Assembly (NCBI GenBank): GCA_964411925.1
Contig: CAYPNI010000003.1
Span: 2,175-66,174, forward strand
Length of the DNA stretch: 64,000 nucleotides
Direction: 5' to 3'
From: an uncultured Nitrospirales bacterium
GTDB lineage: Bacteria > Hydrogenedentota > Hydrogenedentia > Hydrogenedentales > GCA-2746185
Translations under genes and position numbers: made by a program
In this document: in pieces, positions 1-9,311 of the stretch
Layout of the letters: each line of letters begins with the position of its first letter
Position numbering within the stretch: position 1 is the first letter of the stretch
Notes under the pieces: generated by a model
What the model was told of the DNA's origin: nothing
The model's database searches: none
Seen by the model: the letters and a program-made list of their open reading frames with translations, nothing else

Positions 1-2689
1 GCACGAGAAACACGAAAAGCACGGAGAGCGGGAAGACGATCGTCGCCGTGTTGCCCGCCGTCTTCTGCTCGTAGGCGAGACCGGTCCACTCGAAGCCGAA
101 TCCGTGAGGCAGGACGTCGCCCGCCAGCCGTTCCATCGCCGCGAGCCCCTGTCCCGAACTGACCCCCGGCAGCGTGCTACCGTTGACCGTGGCCGAGGGA
201 TACAGGTTGTACCGCGTGACGAGATCCGGCCCGGCCGCGGGGCGGATTCCCAGAACGGAGCCCAGCGGGACCATCGCGCCGGTCGCGCTGCGCGTCCGCA
301 GGTTCATCACATCATCGATCTCCAGCCGGAACGGCGCATCGGCCTGCGCGCGCACCTGGAACGTGCGGCCGAGAAAGTTGAAGTCATTCACGTACGCCGA
401 GCCGAGATAAATCCTGAGCGTTTCGAAGACGCTTTCCACCGGGACATCCAGCATCTGGGCGCGCGTGCGGTCAATGTCGGCGTAGAGCTGCGGCGTGTTC
501 GCCCGGAACGTGGAAAACACCGCGACCAGGCCCGGCTCCGCGTTTGCCCGGCCCACCAATTCGTCGGTCGCGGACTGCAACATCGCGTAGCCGCGGCCCG
601 ACCGATCCTGTAACTGCATCTGGAATCCGCCCGAGGTGCCGATGCCAGGCACCGGCGGTGGGTTCAGCACAAAGATGAAGGCGCCCTTGATCGCGCCGAC
701 GCGGTGCTGCAGGTCCTGAATAATCTGTACCGCGCCCAATCCGTGTTCCACGCGCTCTTCGAAGGGATCGAGGCCGGTGAAAATCGCCGCGGCGTTCGGC
801 GCATTCGTGCGTGACGCACCGGAGAACCCCGCGAACGCGACCGCGTTCCGGATACCGGGGGTCTCCCGGCAAATCTCGGAGACCTGCTTCACGATCTCGT
901 CCGTGCGCTCGAGTGAGGCGCTGTCGGGCAGCTGGATCGAGACGATCAGGTAGCCCTGGTCCTGCTCGGGGACGAATCCCACGGGGACGCGGCCGAACAT
1001 GGAATACGTCGCGCCGAGCAGCGCCACGTAGACGATGAGCACGATGACGCTCACGCGCAACAGCCTCGCGACCGCCCCGGCGTAGAGACTCGTCGAACGG
1101 TCGAAGCCCCAGTTGAACAGCCGGAAAAACCAGCCGAAGAGCGCCGCGCCGAGCCGCGCGGCCGGCGAATGACTCGCCCCTTCGGGCTTGAGCAGGATCG
1201 CGGCGAGCGCGGGGCTCAGCGTGAGCGAATTCACCATCGAGATCAGGGTGGCGCACGCAATGGTGATTGCGAACTGCCGATAGAACTGGCCGGTGATGCC
1301 GCTGATGAAAGCCGTGGGCACGAACACAGAGGTGAGCACCAGCGAAATCGCGACGATGGCGCCGCCGACCTCGTCCATCGCGACGCGCGCGGCCTCACGC
1401 GGCTGAAGCCCCTTCTCGATGTTTCGCTGCACGTTCTCGACAACTACGATGGCATCGTCCACCACGATGCCGATGGCCAGCACGAGACCGAAAAGCGTCA
1501 GATTGTTCAGGGAGAACCCCAGCGCCTGCATGACGGCGAAGGTGCCCACAAGTGAGACCGGAATCGCGAACAGCGGGATGATGGACGCGCGCCAGGACTG
1601 CAGGAATATCACGATGACGAGGACCACGAGCACGACCGCTTCGTAGATCGTTTTGTAGACTTCGTGAATCGATTCCGCGACGAATTCCGTCGGGTCATAC
1701 ACGATGTCGAACGCGAGACCTTCCGGGAAGGACTCCGACAGTCCGGCCATGGTCTCGCGCACCGCTTCGGACGTCGCGAGTGCGTTCGACCCCGGCCGCT
1801 GAAAGATCACCAGTGCGACGGCGGCCTGGTTGTTCAGGTAGCTGTTCGTGACGTAATCCTGCGCCCCGAGCTCGACGTACGCGACGTCGCGCAGTCGCGT
1901 GAACCGCGCGTCCGCGCCGGTCTTGATGATGATCTCCTCGAATTGCTCGGGCTGAATCAGCCGGCCCTGCGCGTTCACCGTGAGCTGGAACGCCGCGCTG
2001 CCCGCCGGAATCGGCGGCTGGCCGAGCGTGCCCGCGGCGACTTGCACGTTTTGCGCCTGCAGCGCGCGGACTACGTCCGGCGCGGTGAGGTCGATGGCGG
2101 CGAGCTTGTCCGGGTCGAGCCAGACGCGCATGCTGTATTCGCGCGCGCCGAACATGTTGATGCTGCCGACCCCCGGGATGCGGGCGAGCACGTCGCGTAC
2201 TTGCAGCAGCGCATAGTTACTGATGTAGAGCTGGTCCAGCGAATCGTCCGGCGAAAGCATGTGGACGACCATGAGGATGTCGGGCGAGCTTTTCGCGGTC
2301 GTCACGCCCAGCCGCCGGACTTCCTCGGGCAGCCGCGTCTCCGCGATCGCAACGCGGTTCTGCACCAGGACCTGCGCCTTGTCCAGGTCGGTGCCGAGCC
2401 GGAACGTAATGGTCAGTTGCATGCGGCCGTCGGTGGTGCAATTCGACTGCATGTAGAGCATGTCTTCGACGCCGTTCACTTCTTGCTCGATGGGCGTGGC
2501 GACCGTTTCCGCCACGGTGGCGGCGTTCGCACCGGGGTAGACCGCGGTGACGACGATCGTGGGTGGCGCGACTTCGGGATACTGGGCGACGGGCAGGCCG
2601 AGGTACGCGATGCCGCCGACGAGGACGACGACAATCGATATCACGAAAGCGAAGATGGGCCGGTCGATGAAGAATCGCGGGATATTCAT
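1..2689 (-). CDS. RND (AcrB/HAE1-type) efflux permease, 3' end lies beyond window start
   Basis: My own minus-strand translation from ATG 2689 gives MNIPRFFIDRPIFAFVISIVVVLVGGIAYLGLPVAQYPEVAPPTIVVTAVYPGANA. An in-frame GLVLAIGIVVDDAIVVVENV motif lies near 1500. The frame is still open at position 1. It is absent from the track because there is no in-window stop. ATGA overlap with the MFP stop. Confidence 0.9.
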   Translation of the reverse strand, partial: MNIPRFFIDRPIFAFVISIVVVLVGGIAYLGLPVAQYPEVAPPTIVVTAVYPGANAATVAETVATPIEQEVNGVEDMLYMQSNCTTDGRMQLTITFRLGTDLDKAQVLVQNRVAIAETRLPEEVRRLGVTTAKSSPDILMVVHMLSPDDSLDQLYISNYALLQVRDVLARIPGVGSINMFGAREYSMRVWLDPDKLAAIDLTAPDVVRALQAQNVQVAAGTLGQPPIPAGSAAFQLTVNAQGRLIQPEQFEEIIIKTGADARFTRLRDVAYVELGAQDYVTNSYLNNQAAVALVIFQRPGSNALATSEAVRETMAGLSESFPEGLAFDIVYDPTEFVAESIHEVYKTIYEAVVLVVLVIVIFLQSWRASIIPLFAIPVSLVGTFAVMQALGFSLNNLTLFGLVLAIGIVVDDAIVVVENVQRNIEKGLQPREAARVAMDEVGGAIVAISLVLTSVFVPTAFISGITGQFYRQFAITIACATLISMVNSLTLSPALAAILLKPEGASHSPAARLGAALFGWFFRLFNWGFDRSTSLYAGAVARLLRVSVIVLIVYVALLGATYSMFGRVPVGFVPEQDQGYLIVSIQLPDSASLERTDEIVKQVSEICRETPGIRNAVAFAGFSGASRTNAPNAAAIFTGLDPFEERVEHGLGAVQIIQDLQHRVGAIKGAFIFVLNPPPVPGIGTSGGFQMQLQDRSGRGYAMLQSATDELVGRANAEPGLVAVFSTFRANTPQLYADIDRTRAQMLDVPVESVFETLRIYLGSAYVNDFNFLGRTFQVRAQADAPFRLEIDDVMNLRTRSATGAMVPLGSVLGIRPAAGPDLVTRYNLYPSATVNGSTLPGVSSGQGLAAMERLAGDVLPHGFGFEWTGLAYEQKTAGNTATIVFPLSVLFVFLV

Positions 2690-3960
2690 GGCGCGGGCGG
2701 TTCCTGTGTCGGATCGGTGAGCGACTCGACAACGGGAAGGCGCCGCATCAGTTCCTCGGGCGTCTCGATGGCCGCGGGTTCAATGTCCACGCGCTCCGCG
2801 GTCACCGTCTGGCCCGGCCGCGCACGCTGCACTCCATCGACAATGACCAGATCGAGCGTGGACAGGCCCTCGTCTACGACGCGCAAGCCGTCGATCATCC
2901 GGCCGAGCTTCACCTCGCGGATGCTGACCGCGTCCGCCTCGTCCACGACGTACACGAAGGTGCGCGACTGGTCCGTCACCACGGCGGAATCGGGGATCTG
3001 AATCGCCGGATACCGGCCCAGACCGATGAGGCGGATGCGGACGAAGAGTCCCGGCAGCAGCAGGTCGTCCGGGTTGCGGAACACGGCACGCCCGCGTAAG
3101 GTGCCCGTATTGGGATCGATCTGATTGTCCACGAAATCCATCACGCCTTCATGACCGAACGCATCCTCGTCGGCGAGTTTGATCAGGACGGTGTTGGGTT
3201 CGGTGCGCGAGCTTTCCCGGACGCCGGAGATGTTGAGCCGTGTGTACTTGAGCATGGCGCGTTCGCTCACGTCGAAGTAGCAGTGAATGGGATCGAGCGA
3301 TACGATGGTAGTGAGCAGCGTGGATTCCGACGAGCCGCCGCTCACGAGATTGCCCACGCTAACATTGTGCCGGCTGACACGGCCGCGGATTGGCGCGCGC
3401 ACGTGCGTGAATTCGACGTCGAGTTCCGCGCTCTGGATGCTCGCGCGGGCCGCCTCGACTTCCGCCGCCGCTTGTTGAACGGACTTGCTTCGTGTGTCGT
3501 AGTCCTCGGCGGAAATCGCCCGGTCCTCGAGCAGCGTCTCCGCGCGTTTGAGGTCGTTGTTCGCGAGATCGAGCCGGGCCTGTGCGCGTGACAGTTCCGC
3601 CCTCGTCGCCCGCAGAACGGCCTCGAACGGCCGCGGATCGATGACGAATAGCAAGTCGCCCTTTTCGACGATCGCGCCATCCTGGAAATGAATCGACTCG
3701 AGGTATCCGCTGACGCGCGCCCGCACCTCGACGCTGTCGATGGCGCGAAGGCGGCCTGTGTATTCGTCCCACTCGACCACCTGGCGCTCGACGGGTCGCG
3801 CGACCGACACGGCCGGCGGCGGCATGGGCGGGGGCGCGGGCGGGGAGCCGCACGCGCCCAGCAACACACTCAGTACAAGCACCGGGGCGGTGCGGACCAC
3901 GTTGCTCAGCACGTTCGCCCTCCCAGGCGTGATTCGCCGCGACGGACAGTGATCAGTCAT
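2686..3960 (-). CDS. RND efflux periplasmic adaptor (membrane fusion protein), lipoprotein
   Basis: 424-aa ORF. Lipobox LLGAC, coiled-coil hairpin (RAELSRAQARLDLANNDLKRAE), and biotinyl-lipoyl-like and beta-barrel segments typical of the AcrA/MexA family. Start overlaps the dps stop (ATGA at 3957-3960). Confidence 0.9.
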   Translation of the reverse strand: MTDHCPSRRITPGRANVLSNVVRTAPVLVLSVLLGACGSPPAPPPMPPPAVSVARPVERQVVEWDEYTGRLRAIDSVEVRARVSGYLESIHFQDGAIVEKGDLLFVIDPRPFEAVLRATRAELSRAQARLDLANNDLKRAETLLEDRAISAEDYDTRSKSVQQAAAEVEAARASIQSAELDVEFTHVRAPIRGRVSRHNVSVGNLVSGGSSESTLLTTIVSLDPIHCYFDVSERAMLKYTRLNISGVRESSRTEPNTVLIKLADEDAFGHEGVMDFVDNQIDPNTGTLRGRAVFRNPDDLLLPGLFVRIRLIGLGRYPAIQIPDSAVVTDQSRTFVYVVDEADAVSIREVKLGRMIDGLRVVDEGLSTLDLVIVDGVQRARPGQTVTAERVDIEPAAIETPEELMRRLPVVESLTDPTQEPPAP

Positions 3961-4466
3961 TCCGCCCTCGTGATTTCCGAAAGATACCAGGCGCGTCCCT
4001 CAGTCTCGTCTATCCAGTTTTCGATCAGACTCGCCGTGGCCACATCGCCGTGCCGCTCGCAAATCTCGTGCGTGGAGCGTAGCGAGCGCGCGAGCTGCCG
4101 GTTGTCGGCCAGCAGTTCCAACAGCATCTCCTCCGGCGCGAGGAACTCGCTGTTGTTGTCTTTCAGGCACTGGTGTCGCGCGATGTCGCCGATGGACCGG
4201 ATTGCCGTGCCCCCGATCTTTCGCGCGCGTTCGGCGATCGGATCGGTCATGGCCATCAGTTCGGATGCATGTTCGTCGAGCAACAGGTGGTAGTCGCGAA
4301 ACGACGGCCCGGACATATGCCAGTGAAAGTTCTTGGTCTTGAGAAAGAGGGTGAACACGTCCGCCAGCAATGGCCGTAGGGCGTCGGATATATTTTCGAC
4401 GCCTTGGTCCCCGAGATCGTTCGGTTGGGGATTCAGATGCATTCTCGCCGATGACGTTCTCTTCAT
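3957..4466 (-). CDS. dps: Dps-family ferritin-like DNA-binding protein
   Basis: LADVFTLFLKTKNFHWHMSGPSFRDYHLLLDEH...IAERARKIGG matches Dps ferroxidase-site helices. I chose the ATG at 4466 because it forms an ATGA overlap with the upstream stop. ATG 4442 is an alternative. Confidence 0.85.
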   Translation of the reverse strand: MKRTSSARMHLNPQPNDLGDQGVENISDALRPLLADVFTLFLKTKNFHWHMSGPSFRDYHLLLDEHASELMAMTDPIAERARKIGGTAIRSIGDIARHQCLKDNNSEFLAPEEMLLELLADNRQLARSLRSTHEICERHGDVATASLIENWIDETEGRAWYLSEITRAE

Positions 4467-6268
4467 AGCCCCGTCCGATCTCCCAGGCTGAGCGACGAAC
4501 CCTGCTGATAGCCGCCGTACACGGCCACGGGCGACCACGCCGGACTCACCGGCGGCGGTGGCGGCGGGGCGAAACTATCGAAGGGGGCCGCCGCGTAGAC
4601 GACGTCGCCGCCGACGACCGTTAGTACCGATTCGATGCCCTTGATCTCTTCCGCGTCGATGGAGAAGTAGTCTGCGGACAGCACGGCGAAGTCGGCGTAT
4701 TGACCCGGAGCGATCCGCCCTTTAATGTCTTCGTCGCCGCTGAACCAGGCACTGCCGGCGGTATACAACGCGAGTGCCTCGGCACGGGTGAGCCGATTCT
4801 GGCGCGCGGCGATTCGCGTACCGCCGACCGTCTTACCCGTGACCATCCAATACAGCGACACCCAGGGGTTGTGGCTGCTCACGCGGGTGGCGTCTGTACC
4901 CGCGCCGATCGGCAGTCCAGCGTCCAGCATTGCGCGCAGGGGCGGCGCGAAGGCCGCGGCCTTCCGGCCATATCTCTCGGCGAATGCTTCGCCCGCGAAG
5001 GCCATGCGGTCCTGAATCGCCACGCCGCCGCCGAGGCGTTTGATGCGCGCGATGTTCCCGGTGCTGACGGTCTCCGCGTGGTCGATGCACCACCGCGCGG
5101 TGTATCCCGTCTCGGCGAAGATGGGCTCGAATACGTCGAGGATCCGCGTAATGGACTCGTCATAGGTCGCATGGATCCGGATCGGCCAATCGCGCTCCGC
5201 GAGCAACCGGACCACGGCGGACAGCTCCGTCTCCATTGACGGTTTCAACTCGGGCCGCGGGGCGAGGAAGTTTTCGTAGTCGCCCGCGGACCACACCAGG
5301 TTTTCACCGGCTCCCTCGGTCAAATAGCCGTTCAACCGCTCAACCGCGAGGTTGTGATTCAGTTTTTCGCTCGTGGTCCAGCGTTCGTAGTCCTGCAGTT
5401 CGGAGCCGGACACTTGCGCGAACAGGTAGTTCGAGATGCGCAGCGGAAGTCCTGGATTTGCCGCCAGGGCCGCCGTCGCCGCATAGTCCGCGGGATACAC
5501 GTGCCCGCCGCCGCCCGTGTCAACGGCGCTGGTGAGCCCGAAACGATTCAGCTCGCGGAAAAAATGCTCCGTAGAGTTCACCTGATCGTCCGCCGAGAGC
5601 TGCGGCAGTCGCGCGATCGTCGTGTAGAGGATCGCCGGACTTGGTTCTGCGTGCAGAATTGCACCGCCGCCCTCGACAAACTCGAAACGGCCTCCTGGCG
5701 GCGGAACGCTTTCCGGTGTCAGCCCAAACGCCCGCACGCCCGCCGCGTTCAGCAATCCCTGGCTGTAGAGGAACAGCACGAACACCGGCGCATCCGGCGA
5801 CGCTTCGTTCAGTTCCGCGACGGTCGGCATGCGACGTTCGCGAAACTGGTAGGGCGACCACCCGCCAATGACGCGCACCCACTGGCCTTCGGGCGTTCGT
5901 TTTGCCTGCTCGCGAATCATTTCGAGTCCACGCTCGAGCGAGTCGACACCGTCCCAGCGCAGTTCGAGGTTGTAGAACCGGCCGCCGCGCACGACGTGCA
6001 GGTGCGAGTCGTTCAAGCCCGGAATGATTGTGCGGCCCCGCGCGTCGATCGTTCGCCCGCTCTCCACGCGGTACGCCGCAACGGCGGCGTCATCGCCCAC
6101 CGCGACGAACAGGCCGTCCTTCACCGCGAACGCTGTCGCGCGCGGCCGCGCGCCGTCCATCGTGTACACGTCCGCATTGACGACGACCAGGTCTGCCGGG
6201 TGCGCCGATGCGCCGACCGCAACGATGGCCATTGCCATCGCGAGCGCGATCAGGAATCGAGCGGTCAT
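4463..6268 (-). CDS. Secreted metal-dependent amidohydrolase (amidohydrolase-3 / YtcJ-like)
   Basis: 601 aa. N-terminal signal peptide (ALAMAMAIVAVGASA). IIPGLNDSHLHV metal-binding motif. C-terminal GTDA...ADFAVL segment typical of the amidohydrolase superfamily. Confidence 0.8.
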   Translation of the reverse strand: MTARFLIALAMAMAIVAVGASAHPADLVVVNADVYTMDGARPRATAFAVKDGLFVAVGDDAAVAAYRVESGRTIDARGRTIIPGLNDSHLHVVRGGRFYNLELRWDGVDSLERGLEMIREQAKRTPEGQWVRVIGGWSPYQFRERRMPTVAELNEASPDAPVFVLFLYSQGLLNAAGVRAFGLTPESVPPPGGRFEFVEGGGAILHAEPSPAILYTTIARLPQLSADDQVNSTEHFFRELNRFGLTSAVDTGGGGHVYPADYAATAALAANPGLPLRISNYLFAQVSGSELQDYERWTTSEKLNHNLAVERLNGYLTEGAGENLVWSAGDYENFLAPRPELKPSMETELSAVVRLLAERDWPIRIHATYDESITRILDVFEPIFAETGYTARWCIDHAETVSTGNIARIKRLGGGVAIQDRMAFAGEAFAERYGRKAAAFAPPLRAMLDAGLPIGAGTDATRVSSHNPWVSLYWMVTGKTVGGTRIAARQNRLTRAEALALYTAGSAWFSGDEDIKGRIAPGQYADFAVLSADYFSIDAEEIKGIESVLTVVGGDVVYAAAPFDSFAPPPPPPVSPAWSPVAVYGGYQQGSSLSLGDRTGL

Positions 6269-6292
6269 GCGCGGGCTCCGTCCGGGTCTCGG

Positions 6293-7051
6293 CTACGACT
6301 TGGCCTTCGCCGCTTCCTGCGCCTTCAGATAGCTCTCGTAGACGGCGCGGTAATTCGGCACGAGATGGTTGTAGATCGCGCCCCATTGCGCCGCATCCGG
6401 CCGGTTCCACGTCCGCTGAAATTCGCACAGCACCGCGTTCGTGGACACCGGAATGATTCCGGCCTGCGCCATCCGCGCAATCGTCGTCTGGGACGCCATC
6501 ACGCTCGGATCGCCCGAGGCGTCCGTGACGAAGTAGACGTTGTATCCGTCCGCCTTCGCCTGCAGCGCGGGGAACGCCACGCACACACTGGTCCACACCC
6601 CGGCGATGACCAGCGTCTTGCGTCCGGTCGCCTCGACCGCCTTCACAAAATCCGCGTTGTCCCACGCGCTAATCTCGCCTTTGCGCGGGACGTATTGCGC
6701 TTTGGAACCCAACTGCAACAGTTCGTCCATCAGCGGACCGTTCGGACCATTGGGTTCGGACGCGGTCATGATAATCGGCGCCTTGGCCTGCTCCGCGATT
6801 TTCACCAGGCCGATGGTGTTGTTGCGCAGTTCCGCGACCGGTACGTCCTTGACCGTCTGAAACAGCCCGGTCTGATGGTCGAGCAGCAGAATCACTGAGT
6901 CGTTCGGATTGAGCAGCACCTTCGACGCCGCTTCGCTGGGCTGGCGAGACAAACCCGGAATCGGCTGTCTCTCGCGGTCCTGTCCCAACACGTCCGGCGC
7001 GAGCGCCAGCATTACCAAAATCACAGTCGCTCCGATCCACATACGGTTCAT
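6293..7051 (-). CDS. Secreted isochorismatase-family (cysteine) hydrolase
   Basis: 252 aa. Signal peptide. LLLDHQ...LVIAGVWTSVCV core matches the isochorismatase-like fold with its catalytic Cys. Confidence 0.8.
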   Translation of the reverse strand: MNRMWIGATVILVMLALAPDVLGQDRERQPIPGLSRQPSEAASKVLLNPNDSVILLLDHQTGLFQTVKDVPVAELRNNTIGLVKIAEQAKAPIIMTASEPNGPNGPLMDELLQLGSKAQYVPRKGEISAWDNADFVKAVEATGRKTLVIAGVWTSVCVAFPALQAKADGYNVYFVTDASGDPSVMASQTTIARMAQAGIIPVSTNAVLCEFQRTWNRPDAAQWGAIYNHLVPNYRAVYESYLKAQEAAKAKS

Positions 7052-7105
7052 TTCAATCTCCTTCCTGGTTGCGTCAAGTCTAGTCTTGTTGGTCAGACGA
7101 GTGGT

Positions 7106-8077
7106 TCAGGATTTGATGAACGCCAACAAGTCCGCGTTCACTTCGTCCGCCTGCGTCGTGCAGATGCCGTGCGATCCGCCCTTGTACACTTTGAGTTGTG
7201 CTCCCTTGACGAGCTTCTCCGTCAGCAGCGCCGAAGCGCCAATCGGCACAATCTGGTCGTCGTCGCCATGCAGTATGAGCGTCGGGACGTCGAACTTCTT
7301 GAGGTCCTCCGTAAAATCCGTTTCGGAAAATGCCTTGATGCAGTCGTACGCGCTCTTGTGTCCCGTCATGACCCCCTGCATCCAGAACTTGTCGATGATG
7401 CCCTGTGACGGCTTCGCGCCGGGCCGGTTGTACCCGTAGAACGGGCCGCTCGCGAAGTCCCTGTAGAGTTGCGACCGATCCTTGAGCGAGGCGGCGCGCA
7501 GTCCATCGAACACTTCGATGGGCGTACCCCCGGGATTCGTCGGCGACTTCACCATGATCGGCGGCACCGCTCCAATGAGGACTGCCTTGGCGACTCGCTT
7601 CGTTCCGTGCCGTCCGATGTAGCGCGCGACTTCGCCGCCACCCGTCGAGTGGCCCACATGCACGGCGTCCTCGAGATCGAGTGATTCGACAAGCGTCGCC
7701 AGGTCGTCCGCATAGGTATCCATCTCGTTGCCGTTCCACGGCTGGCTCGAGCGACCGTGCCCGCGGCGGTCGTGCGCGATGCACCGGTAACCCCGGTCGG
7801 CAAGGAAAATCATCTGCGCTTCCCAGTCGTCCGAGCTCAGCGGAAAACCGTGACTAAACACAACGGGCTGGCCGCTGCCCCAGTCCTTGAAGTAGATCGA
7901 CGTCCCGTCCGCGACCGTCACCGTGTTCACGGTACGATCGCCTTTTTTTGCGCCTCTCGCTGCGCCTTCCGCCGTGCCCGCGGACGACACGGCGAGCGCA
8001 GCGCCGACGGCTGCCGCGCCGCCCATCAGAACGTTTCGACGCGACAAGCCCGGTTGACTCGATGTTTCGTGTGCCAT
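7106..8077 (-). CDS. Alpha/beta hydrolase of the non-haem haloperoxidase / perhydrolase-arylesterase type, with twin-arginine signal
   Basis: 323 aa. [15 protein letters not shown] is a Tat-like leader. FSHGFPLS...HDRRGHGRS...[12 protein letters not shown]...HGDDDQIVP are the hallmark motifs of the CPO/PFE family. Confidence 0.85.
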   Translation of the reverse strand: MAHETSSQPGLSRRNVLMGGAAAVGAALAVSSAGTAEGAARGAKKGDRTVNTVTVADGTSIYFKDWGSGQPVVFSHGFPLSSDDWEAQMIFLADRGYRCIAHDRRGHGRSSQPWNGNEMDTYADDLATLVESLDLEDAVHVGHSTGGGEVARYIGRHGTKRVAKAVLIGAVPPIMVKSPTNPGGTPIEVFDGLRAASLKDRSQLYRDFASGPFYGYNRPGAKPSQGIIDKFWMQGVMTGHKSAYDCIKAFSETDFTEDLKKFDVPTLILHGDDDQIVPIGASALLTEKLVKGAQLKVYKGGSHGICTTQADEVNADLLAFIKS

Positions 8078-8107
8078 TACACATTTCCTCCCAGGTTGAA
8101 TGGTTTA

Positions 8108-8605
8108 TCAGCGTCCCTTCGCCATGTCGCCGCGCAGCACCATGCACGTACTGAACGACTTGGCGACGAGGCTGCCCTTCTCGTCCGTAATCTCACATTC
8201 GATGAAGCCAATCGACCGCGTCCGGCGCGTCACGCGCGCGCCGGCGAGTATCCGCGCGTCCCAGATCGGCTTGAAAAAATTCATCGAAATGTCCAACGTC
8301 GTAAACGTCTCGTCGTCTTCGAGCGTCGTCGAGAGCGCGATGCCCATGGCGGCATCCGCGAAGTCGCACAGAATCCCGCCGTGCAACGTGCCCATGGGAT
8401 TTGCGTGGCGCCGCTCCGCGTGCATTTCCATGTCACACTCGCCTAGCTCGACCCGCGTCGGGTGGAACCCAATCAGGTCGGCCACCGGCGGGCCCGGCAG
8501 TTCGCCCGTTGCGAGACGTTTCAGCGACTCCAGATGCCGGGTCCCCTTGGGCATCGCAACGGCCGCGCTATGCTTTGATATCGAATCCGGCATCGTGAGG
8601 CCCAA
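8108..8605 (-). CDS. PaaI-family hotdog-fold thioesterase
   Basis: 165 aa. NPMGTLHGGILCDFADAAMG motif of PaaI/YigI-type thioesterases. Confidence 0.8.
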   Translation of the reverse strand: MGLTMPDSISKHSAAVAMPKGTRHLESLKRLATGELPGPPVADLIGFHPTRVELGECDMEMHAERRHANPMGTLHGGILCDFADAAMGIALSTTLEDDETFTTLDISMNFFKPIWDARILAGARVTRRTRSIGFIECEITDEKGSLVAKSFSTCMVLRGDMAKGR

Positions 8606-8614
8606 CGGAGATCG

Positions 8615-9067
8615 TCAAACTACGTTAAGGTCGACTTGGATGTTGCCGCGCGTCGCCTTCGAGTACGGGCAGATTTGGTGCGCGCCCTCGACGATCTCCT
8701 GCGCAACGGTGAGATCCACGCCGGGCAAACTCACGTTGAGTCGCGCCCGCAGAAAATACCCATCGGAACCCGAGCAGAGGTCCACCTCCGCGTCCGTGGC
8801 GAAGGCCGGGGGCAGCTTGATCTTTTTCTTCGACGCCACCAGCTTGATGGCGCTCGTGAAGCAAGCCGACCAGCCAACGGCAAAGAGCTGTTCAGGGTTG
8901 GTCCCCTCGCCGGGCGTACCGGGCACGGTGAGTTTCACATCGAGCCGCCCATCAGACGTACGGGACGTTCCTCCCTCCCGGCCGCCGGTGGTGTGTGTCT
9001 TGGCGGTGTAAATGACCTTTACGCTCTGACCCAACGCGCCTTCCGCTGGATTCGTAGTTGTTGCCAT
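8615..9067 (-). CDS. ohr: Ohr organic hydroperoxide resistance peroxidase (OsmC/Ohr family)
   Basis: Start at internal ATG 9067 (MATTTNPAEG...), preceded by an AGGAG 6 nt upstream. NPEQLFAVGWSACF and ICPYSKATRGNI carry the two conserved Ohr cysteines. Confidence 0.9.
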   Translation of the reverse strand: MATTTNPAEGALGQSVKVIYTAKTHTTGGREGGTSRTSDGRLDVKLTVPGTPGEGTNPEQLFAVGWSACFTSAIKLVASKKKIKLPPAFATDAEVDLCSGSDGYFLRARLNVSLPGVDLTVAQEIVEGAHQICPYSKATRGNIQVDLNVV

Positions 9068-9128
9068 GTCTCGTTCTCCTGCGTAACTCGCATCGGGAAC
9101 ACTCAAACGAATTGCGATCGCGTGTAGG

Positions 9129-9143
9129 GCAATCGCCGTGCCA
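9129..9143 (-). promoter_or_regulatory. Sigma-54 (-24/-12) promoter upstream of ohr
   Basis: Minus strand reads TGGCAC-GGCGA-TTGC, an exact match to the TGGCAC-N5-TTGC consensus. It is intergenic, correctly oriented, and about 60 nt upstream of the ohr ATG. Confidence 0.75.
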
Positions 9144-9193
9144 GTCGTAAGTCGTTTGGTGATGGAAGGGACACGAAAATCGCGGCACGAGAT

Positions 9194-9209
9194 TTCGAAA
9201 ATTTTCGAA
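9194..9209. promoter_or_regulatory. Perfect 16-bp palindrome TTCGAAAATTTTCGAA, candidate activator (UAS) or bending site
   Basis: Self-complementary 16-mer centred about 80 bp upstream of the transcription start predicted from the sigma-54 promoter. It lies between the activator gene and ohr. Confidence 0.45.
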
Positions 9210-9311
9210 AAGCGGTGAGAAATTCGTCGAGAAACCGACGGCACGGTTCTTGAACGATGACCGCTGCGTTAGCGTGGTGTTACGAACGGCAATGTCGCGG
9301 ATCGAATACGT

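Noticed and set aside
5354-6898. 514-aa plus-strand ORF, and similar very long ORFs in the track: 12489-13478 (-), 34171-35322 (-), 38108-39724 (-), 41147-42556 (-), 47683-49287 (+), 49699-51651 (+), 52940-55048 (+), 58349-59917 (-), 60768-62837 (-)
   Set aside because: Each lies antisense to a gene with clear family motifs and is dominated by Arg, Ala, Gly, Asp and His with no recognisable domains. These are typical stop-poor shadow frames of high-GC DNA.
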